A stretch of 64,000 nucleotides of DNA, taken from the NCBI GenBank assembly GCA_043821365.1, contig JBDRCX010000006.1, positions 128,001-192,000 on the forward strand, written 5' to 3'. Origin of the DNA: Candidatus Micrarchaeota archaeon. Lineage in GTDB: Archaea > Micrarchaeota > Micrarchaeia > Anstonellales > Bilamarchaeaceae. Shown here piece after piece: positions 57,770 through 64,000 of this stretch. The notes below the pieces were generated by a model. The model was not told the origin of the DNA, did not search any database, and saw nothing but the letters and a program-made list of their open reading frames with translations. Position numbers and translations under genes: made by a program. Numbering within the stretch: the first letter of the stretch is position 1; every line of letters starts with the position of its first letter.

Positions 57770-58855
57770 ATGCATAAAAAAATCATAGTACCATTGATTC
57801 TTCTTTTAGTTATTTTTATGGCTGGGTGTAGTGAGAGTAAACCAAAAACAGTTTGTGGCGACGGTGTCTGCGAAAATAGTGAGATTGGAAAATGTACACA
57901 AGACTGTGAAGAAATTAACATAGAAAAAAACTTGACCCCATTTACTTCACCATTATACTTCACCGTAGTGATACACACAGAAGAAGATACAGGACATTGC
58001 ACTTCACCAAAACCACAAATACCAGACTATGACGGAGATGAGGAGGTATTATTGCATTTCACAATGGTTATGAGAGAGTTTGCTAGGATGGTTGCTTCGC
58101 ACAACGCCACTATTAATTTTGGTACAGATTGGACATTTGCAAAAGGAGTTGAACTTTATGATCCTAGTTTTTTCACAGATTTGCAAACAATGGGACATGA
58201 AATTGATGCCCATGGACATCAATCATGCATATTGTACCATGAATTAAGGCAATACATACTAGCTACAAACACCAGTCCAACAACTGTTGCATCAGGTTTA
58301 GAAGAGAACAACGTTTATACTCAAATGAGTTATTTTGATAATTATTATCCTGAATTTCAGATATTTTGGGGTGTTGCCATTGCCGGACATGAACAAGGAG
58401 AAGAGACTTCTGGTTGGGTATGGAGACCATCAAGAGATAATTGGCTAGAAAATGATCCAGATGGAAAATACATATACATAGGACATGGAAACCAGATAAA
58501 CAATATTACTTACATCCAAACGGCAATTGACAATAGAGTACCTAATTATATTAACACATATGCAGTTTTTACAAATCCTAGAGAATTTAAAGCATCAAAA
58601 GAAACTTCAGGAATTCCTGATGAATGGACTGCCAAACCAGAAGATCCTGATTATTGGGAGAATAGACTACTTTGGTGGGATGAGTTCCTGACTGAAATAG
58701 ATAAAATGAAAGGGGTGGAGTATGCTTCGTTAACTGAGATAGCAGATATATTTATTCAAAATGAAGACAATTTAGATTTTAATTTCAGCACATCAGACCA
58801 TCCACGATCAGACATTCCAATGCCTCAAAAACAAAAACAAGCTGGATATCCATAA
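57770..58855 (+). CDS. Lipoprotein with Cys-rich motif and polysaccharide deacetylase-like domain
   Basis: FMAG-C; CGDGVCE.SE..KC.QDC; IHTEED; GHEIDAHGH. Confidence 0.65.
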   Translation: MHKKIIVPLILLLVIFMAGCSESKPKTVCGDGVCENSEIGKCTQDCEEINIEKNLTPFTSPLYFTVVIHTEEDTGHCTSPKPQIPDYDGDEEVLLHFTMVMREFARMVASHNATINFGTDWTFAKGVELYDPSFFTDLQTMGHEIDAHGHQSCILYHELRQYILATNTSPTTVASGLEENNVYTQMSYFDNYYPEFQIFWGVAIAGHEQGEETSGWVWRPSRDNWLENDPDGKYIYIGHGNQINNITYIQTAIDNRVPNYINTYAVFTNPREFKASKETSGIPDEWTAKPEDPDYWENRLLWWDEFLTEIDKMKGVEYASLTEIADIFIQNEDNLDFNFSTSDHPRSDIPMPQKQKQAGYP

Positions 58856-58923
58856 ATTTTAGTTTTTTGAAATATGCTAGTTTTTAGTCCCACCTTTCTC
58901 CTAAATAGCAATTCGGTTTTTGG

Positions 58924-58946
58924 GTACCTTTTTACCAAAAAGGTAC
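58924..58946. repeat. Perfect 10-bp inverted repeat with 3-nt loop
   Basis: GTACCTTTTT-ACC-AAAAAGGTAC. Confidence 0.6.
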
Positions 58947-59015
58947 TGCGGAAATGACCTCCCAAAATCTATTTAAATAAAAAAATAGTTAATCTCATTA
59001 GTATATACATATAAT

Positions 59016-59031
59016 ATAAGTATATACTTAT
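59016..59031. promoter_or_regulatory. 16-bp perfect palindrome upstream of the DUF736-like/radA unit
   Basis: ATAAGTATATACTTAT; second GTATATAC core at 59001-59008; TTTAAATA box near 58972. Confidence 0.5.
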
Positions 59032-59042
59032 GGGGGATAACC

Positions 59043-59303
59043 ATGAAAACAACAGAAGAAAAATTAGATGATGAAGGTTTTGAAGAAGTAGAATCAAAAG
59101 GGCAGGATAATGGTGAGCAACGAAGCACTGGCAACAGACCAGATTTTAGAATAGTACAAACTGATAGAGATAGGGAAGGGAATGTTATTTACAGTAATAT
59201 AGGTGGAATGTGGAAAAATATTTCAAAGAATGGAAAAACATTCTACACATTAAGAATTGGTCAATTAAAACTACTTGTTTTCCCAAATGACAAGAAATCC
59301 TAA
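59043..59303 (+). CDS. Small DUF736-like beta protein with acidic N-terminus
   Basis: RPDFRI...IGGMW...SKNGK.FY.L pattern; GGGGGA SD. Confidence 0.65.
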   Translation: MKTTEEKLDDEGFEEVESKGQDNGEQRSTGNRPDFRIVQTDRDREGNVIYSNIGGMWKNISKNGKTFYTLRIGQLKLLVFPNDKKS

Positions 59304-59367
59304 GGAATTTCTTGACTATCTTGAACGCTCTGCGTTCAAGCACATGAAAGAAAATAGAGGCGACATT

Positions 59368-60327
59368 ATGACAGACGATAAAAAGAAAAAATATTATAAG
59401 GATTTGGAAGATTTACCAGGAATTGGAGAAGTAACAGCTGAAAAATTAAGAGCAGCTGGATATGGAGAATTCTCACCAATTGCAACAGCAAATCCACACG
59501 AACTTGCGGAAGCAGGTGGAATGGGAGTAGAATCTGCAAAAAAAGCAATAGAAGCTGCAAAGTCCATGGTGGAAATTGGATTTGAAACTGCAGAATCAGT
59601 ACTTGAACGAAGAAAAGATATTGGCAAAATAAAAACAGGTTCAGAAAATCTTGATGATTTACTTGGTGGCGGAGTAGAAACCATGTCTATAACTGAAATG
59701 TATGGAAAATTTTCAAGTGGAAAAAGCCAGCTTGGTTTTCAACTTATTGTAAATGTACAAAAACCACTAGATCAGGGTGGTCTTGGGGGTGGGGCATTAT
59801 TTGTTGATTCTGAAGCTACTTTTAGACCAGAAAGGATTGCTCAGCTCGCTGAAGCGCAAGAAATGGATCCACAAACAGTATTGAAGAACATACATATTGC
59901 ACGAGCAGAAAACAGTGACCATCAAATAATTTTATTAGAAAGAGCAGAGGAAAAAATAGAACAAGAAAACATAAAACTTATTGTTGTTGATTCCCTTACC
60001 TCTCATTTTAGAGCAGATTATCTTGGGAGGGGTGCCTTAGGTGAACGACAACAAAAACTAAACAAACATGTACACACATTACAAAAACTATCTGAAAAAT
60101 ACAATCTTGCAGTTTACGTTACAAATCAGGTCATGGATAATCCAGGTATTCTTTTTGGTGACCCAACAACACCAATTGGAGGCCATGTGCTTGCACACAT
60201 GTCAACATATCGACTGTATGTTAGAAAGAGTAAAGATGATAAGAGAATAGCAAGACTAGTTGATTCACCAAATTTACCAGAAGGAGAAGCAGTATTTAAG
60301 GTGACGTCAAAGGGACTTACTGACTAA
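59368..60327 (+). CDS. radA: DNA repair and recombination protein RadA
   Basis: N-terminal HhH DLPGIG, Walker A GKFSSGKSQ, DSE.TFRPER, Walker B VVDS, LGERQQKL, VTNQV, GGHVLAH; start MTDD at 59368. Confidence 0.97.
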   Translation: MTDDKKKKYYKDLEDLPGIGEVTAEKLRAAGYGEFSPIATANPHELAEAGGMGVESAKKAIEAAKSMVEIGFETAESVLERRKDIGKIKTGSENLDDLLGGGVETMSITEMYGKFSSGKSQLGFQLIVNVQKPLDQGGLGGGALFVDSEATFRPERIAQLAEAQEMDPQTVLKNIHIARAENSDHQIILLERAEEKIEQENIKLIVVDSLTSHFRADYLGRGALGERQQKLNKHVHTLQKLSEKYNLAVYVTNQVMDNPGILFGDPTTPIGGHVLAHMSTYRLYVRKSKDDKRIARLVDSPNLPEGEAVFKVTSKGLTD

Positions 60328-60339
60328 TTTTTTCTATTT

Positions 60340-61062
60340 TTATTTTGGAAAAAATTCTGCAACTTTTTGAAGCCACAATTGCTTAGCTGCTTCACCAGTA
60401 ACATCTGATCGAACAAACCACACATAGCTCACGTCTGGTTCTTTGGAACGGTATTTTGTACCTACTCCGCCTTTACCATCACAAACAGTTTCTAATTTGT
60501 CAAGGTTGTCTGGACCAAGTGTCATGACAACACGATTCTTGCAAACTATCTCTGCTCTAGTAAGAACAGCAGATCTAACTGTGAACCCTTTTACTTGAAC
60601 TTCAGCAGCAAAAAATCTTTCTTTTTTATTCCCAATACCTTCCCACAAAAGAGAAGGCTCTTTAGGTGCAGTTTTACCTGCAAATTTCGGAGGCTCTGCC
60701 CACCATGGTGAAAATTCACGAGAGGTAAAAACAAATATGTGATAGGTTCCACCTTCAGAACAATCAACCTTTAGAACAGGATGTTGTGTGAAATCAAATG
60801 GACCATTGTTATTTCCAAATGAACAGCTACTAACACAAACTGAATCATGAGATACTTCTGCTTTGTCTATATCGCAAGAATAGGAACTGCCGGCAACTGA
60901 AGTAGCACCTGGAATTATGGGTTGTATAACTGGTTTTGGATCACCACAACCAGCTAGCACAACAAGTGCACCAGCACCTAAGGCAACCTTAGTAAAAGTT
61001 GAGGACCGCTTTGCTTCGGCACCAGTTGGCCTGGTCTGAATATTAGATCTGTGAAGTCTCAT
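60340..61062 (-). CDS. Putative lipoprotein with long basic leader
   Basis: MRLHRSN...VVLAG-CGD; start at 61062. Confidence 0.6.
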   Translation of the reverse strand: MRLHRSNIQTRPTGAEAKRSSTFTKVALGAGALVVLAGCGDPKPVIQPIIPGATSVAGSSYSCDIDKAEVSHDSVCVSSCSFGNNNGPFDFTQHPVLKVDCSEGGTYHIFVFTSREFSPWWAEPPKFAGKTAPKEPSLLWEGIGNKKERFFAAEVQVKGFTVRSAVLTRAEIVCKNRVVMTLGPDNLDKLETVCDGKGGVGTKYRSKEPDVSYVWFVRSDVTGEAAKQLWLQKVAEFFPK

Positions 61063-61157
61063 AACAATAATATCACAAGAAAGGTTTAAAAAGTTACATT
61101 TCTTTACATTTATTACAATATTATACAATTATAAAAGTGAGATACAAGTAGAAAGAC

Positions 61158-61751
61158 ATGGATTTGCAAAAGCTAGAGATATCAAGTGGGGTATTGATTG
61201 CAGCTAACCTACTCACAATAATTTTAGCCATTGTTTTACAATATGATTTTGGAGTGATTGTTTGGGCATACCTTATAGAGAGTATAATCATTGGGATATT
61301 TATAATTCCGAAAATGATTTTAACCGGAATTAGATCGCAAGAAGCTGGCACAATTATAACATCTTTATTCCTTAGTGGATTTTTTTGCATCCATTATGGG
61401 GGATTTCATGCTGCATACCTATTTTTCCTGACCATAATACCAATATTTGATATTGGAAATTTTGATGAATTGATTTTGATGAGTGGAATTTTATTTACCA
61501 GTCATCTTTTTTCTTTTATTCATAACATAAACAAAGAAAATAACTTGAATTCGCACTTCTTTTCTCCATATATAAGAATTATACCAATGCATATCACAAT
61601 AATATTATCTGGTTTTATAATAACGATTTTCCCAAATTTGGAAGCAATGCAGAAAACTGCCATAGTGGCTATTTTTATGCTGTTGAAAACAGTTGCTGAC
61701 CTGGATACCCATCAGAAAAAACACAATATCAATGATTCCTTAACCAATTGA
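61158..61751 (+). CDS. DUF6498-like membrane protein
   Basis: LIAANL, Y..ES.IIG, FF..HYGGF...YL, PY.RIIPMHITII, LLKT.ADL..H. Confidence 0.8.
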   Translation: MDLQKLEISSGVLIAANLLTIILAIVLQYDFGVIVWAYLIESIIIGIFIIPKMILTGIRSQEAGTIITSLFLSGFFCIHYGGFHAAYLFFLTIIPIFDIGNFDELILMSGILFTSHLFSFIHNINKENNLNSHFFSPYIRIIPMHITIILSGFIITIFPNLEAMQKTAIVAIFMLLKTVADLDTHQKKHNINDSLTN

Positions 61752-62637
61752 CATATTGTTTGACTCCGTCTGCAAAATTGAGTTTTTGTTTCCATCCAAG
61801 TTTCTCTAATTTTGAAACATCAAGAAGCATAAGGGGAACATCGCCCACCCAACCTTGCTTAGAACCAGTATATTTGAAGAGAGGATCAATTCCAAGATTA
61901 TTACAAACTAATTTAGCAAGATGATTGACAGTTGTTTTCTCTTGGCTTCCAACATTGTAAACATCAGATGTTTTTTTCTGTTTTTTAAATGCAGTCAGAA
62001 TCGCAGAAACACAATCAGAAACATGAAGATAGGACTTATCTTGCTTTCCATCTCCAAGTATTTCAAGTTCATTTGGATTTTTTTTCAATTTATTGTAAAA
62101 ATCAAACATTACACCATGTGTACTTCTTTCGCCAAAAATATTTGCAAATCTAAGGCAGGTTGATTTTATACCATAGGAACTTGAATAAGAGGAGAAATAT
62201 GCTTCACATGCCAGTTTACTTGCACCATAATTGCTTATTGGAGAACACATATTATCTTCGGGGGTTGGAATAGTTTCAGAGTATCCATAAACAGTAGATG
62301 TTGATGCCAAGATAATATGTTTAACTTTCGATGTCCTGCATGCCTCCAAAACACTCATAGTCCCAACAACATTAATATCAAAACCATTTGTTGGTGCAGT
62401 TGCACTTGATCGGACTTCAGGATCAGCTGCGAAATGAAAAACTGCTTCAATATCTTTGAATTCATTCGAAAGATTTTGTCGTATATCTTTTTTTATAAAA
62501 GTAGCTTTGGTATCAACATGTTCCTGTTTCCCTGCACATAGATTATCTATCACAGTAACTGTGTTTTTCTCTTCTATTAGTTTATCAACTAGATGCGAAC
62601 CTATGAACCCGGCACCGCCAGTGACTGCAACTTTCAT
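61729..62637 (-). CDS. NAD-dependent epimerase/dehydratase (GalE-like)
   Basis: TGGAGFIGSH, HFAA, ASTSTVYG, YGASK, RFANIFG. Confidence 0.94.
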   Translation of the reverse strand: MKVAVTGGAGFIGSHLVDKLIEEKNTVTVIDNLCAGKQEHVDTKATFIKKDIRQNLSNEFKDIEAVFHFAADPEVRSSATAPTNGFDINVVGTMSVLEACRTSKVKHIILASTSTVYGYSETIPTPEDNMCSPISNYGASKLACEAYFSSYSSSYGIKSTCLRFANIFGERSTHGVMFDFYNKLKKNPNELEILGDGKQDKSYLHVSDCVSAILTAFKKQKKTSDVYNVGSQEKTTVNHLAKLVCNNLGIDPLFKYTGSKQGWVGDVPLMLLDVSKLEKLGWKQKLNFADGVKQYVNWLRNH

Positions 62638-62691
62638 GAAGTCACTAAGGTAGGTAGGATTATAAAAATGAACTGAGAGGGCATTTGGGGG

Positions 62692-64000
62692 ATGAATATG
62701 CTAGGTTGGCGAGTATTAGACCACGGCGAGTACAAACTTAATACTCCGATTCTGAGTAATCAAGAAAAAGAACTAATCCTTGCAAGTTACGACTATGCAA
62801 AAGATATGGCAAGAACAGATAATAGTAGTAAAACAATAGTTCTGAATGCAGTGAAACTAAGTGCAAGAAAACTGGGGTTCTACCTAACCCCTCCTCAGTT
62901 AGAATACTTAAATAAGATAGCATTCATGCACATTTGTGGTTTTGGATTTCTTGAACAGCTTATAGAGGATAACGAAATAGAAGAGATAAGTATTATCGGA
63001 CCAAATAAACCGGCTTATGTTTACATACGAAAAAATGGCTGGAAAAGTGTTAATGGTTGTTTTGAAACTAGTGATGATATTGCAGATGTCATAAATAAAA
63101 TGGCTAAGGGACTTGGAAGGCATATAACAATACAAAACCCACGGCTAGATGCCATACTCCCAGATGGTTCAAGATTACATGCATCGTTACCTCCGATTTC
63201 AAATGGAGAAATAACAATTAGGAAATTTAGACAACGCCCGTTTTCACCAAAGGAGTTGTGTGGGATTGTTTCGGTAGATGCTATTGCATTGCTTTCAATG
63301 GTAATGCAATGTGATTTTTCAGTGTTGATAGCAGGGAATACCGCAAGTGGAAAAACAACAACAATGAATGCACTTTTCTCTTTTGTACCGTTTGATGAAA
63401 GAATTTTGATAACTGAAGAAACACCGGAGATAAATGTTCCACACACTCACCAACTAAGATTAATAGCAAATAAAGAGATGGGGATTGGTTTGAAGAATTT
63501 AGTTTATGATTCATTGAGAATGCGACCAGATAGAATAATTGTTGGAGAAGTAAGGAATAAGGAGGAAACAGAAGCTTTATTTGATGTTTTGTTAGCTGGA
63601 CAAGCAAGAGGTAGTTATGCAACTTTCCATGCACAAAGTGCTGATGAAGTAGTGACAAGGCTAACCACTTTTGGAATAGAACGAAACGACATAAAGTGCA
63701 TAGATTGTATAATAATACAAAGAAGAATTCTCGAGTATGATAGTAAGAAGAGAGAGAATAGTGAAAAAAGAGAAATAACTGAAATTGCGGAAGTAATAGA
63801 CGGAAAAGTAAACTCATTCTATGAAAATGGTAAACTCTTACTTGAGAACTCCCAGATATTAGAGAAGATATGCCGGCATTTTAAACTAAGTAAAAACGAC
63901 TTTGAAAATGAAATGAAAAAACGAATAGACATCATTGAAAATGCAGATTCAGGATATGAAGAATTCTTTTCATATATACAAAAAGAACTTTTTGGACGGG
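62692..64000 (+). CDS. CpaF/TadA/VirB11-family secretion ATPase (3'-truncated; absent from the ORF track)
   Basis: Manual translation from ATG 62692 (GGGGG SD): IEEI.I.G, NPRLDAILPDGSRLHA, TIRKF, Walker A AGNTASGKTT, EETPE, LRMRPDRIIVGEVR, TFHA; no stop before the window end. Confidence 0.93.
   Translation, partial: MNMLGWRVLDHGEYKLNTPILSNQEKELILASYDYAKDMARTDNSSKTIVLNAVKLSARKLGFYLTPPQLEYLNKIAFMHICGFGFLEQLIEDNEIEEISIIGPNKPAYVYIRKNGWKSVNGCFETSDDIADVINKMAKGLGRHITIQNPRLDAILPDGSRLHASLPPISNGEITIRKFRQRPFSPKELCGIVSVDAIALLSMVMQCDFSVLIAGNTASGKTTTMNALFSFVPFDERILITEETPEINVPHTHQLRLIANKEMGIGLKNLVYDSLRMRPDRIIVGEVRNKEETEALFDVLLAGQARGSYATFHAQSADEVVTRLTTFGIERNDIKCIDCIIIQRRILEYDSKKRENSEKREITEIAEVIDGKVNSFYENGKLLLENSQILEKICRHFKLSKNDFENEMKKRIDIIENADSGYEEFFSYIQKELFGR

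Overview
AT-rich archaeal chromosomal segment. The gene content suggests a DPANN archaeon, most likely Micrarchaeota (inference from PolB, RadA, GatDE, Pus10, class I CCA enzyme, AglB, FtsZ and GGGPS/GGR together with bacterial-type gyrase, class I GAPDH and RibA/RibD). It holds about 65 genes, mostly housekeeping, with scattered orphan ORFs. I found no rRNA, tRNA, CRISPR array, integrase or transposase. Main points: (1) an unannotated, canonical C/D-box guide sRNA with its own TATA box, one guide of which is predicted to target 23S Um2552; (2) a chromosomal VirB4/VirB3/VirB6-like cluster, plus a dispersed VirB2-like pilin and a CpaF/VirB11 ATPase, suggesting a Ced/Ted-like or host-contact transfer system; (3) a protein with three exact 57-aa excisionase-like HTH repeats directly upstream of polB; (4) a mosaic riboflavin operon with a RibC-RibH fusion and matching 18-bp candidate operators at ribB and rbkR; (5) two genes that appear to start at CTG in a near-identical GGTGATWTT-CTG context; (6) a membrane protein with a cytoplasmic Roadblock-like domain; (7) a DUF736-like gene and a palindrome in front of radA. 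All family assignments come from motif recognition; no database searches were run.
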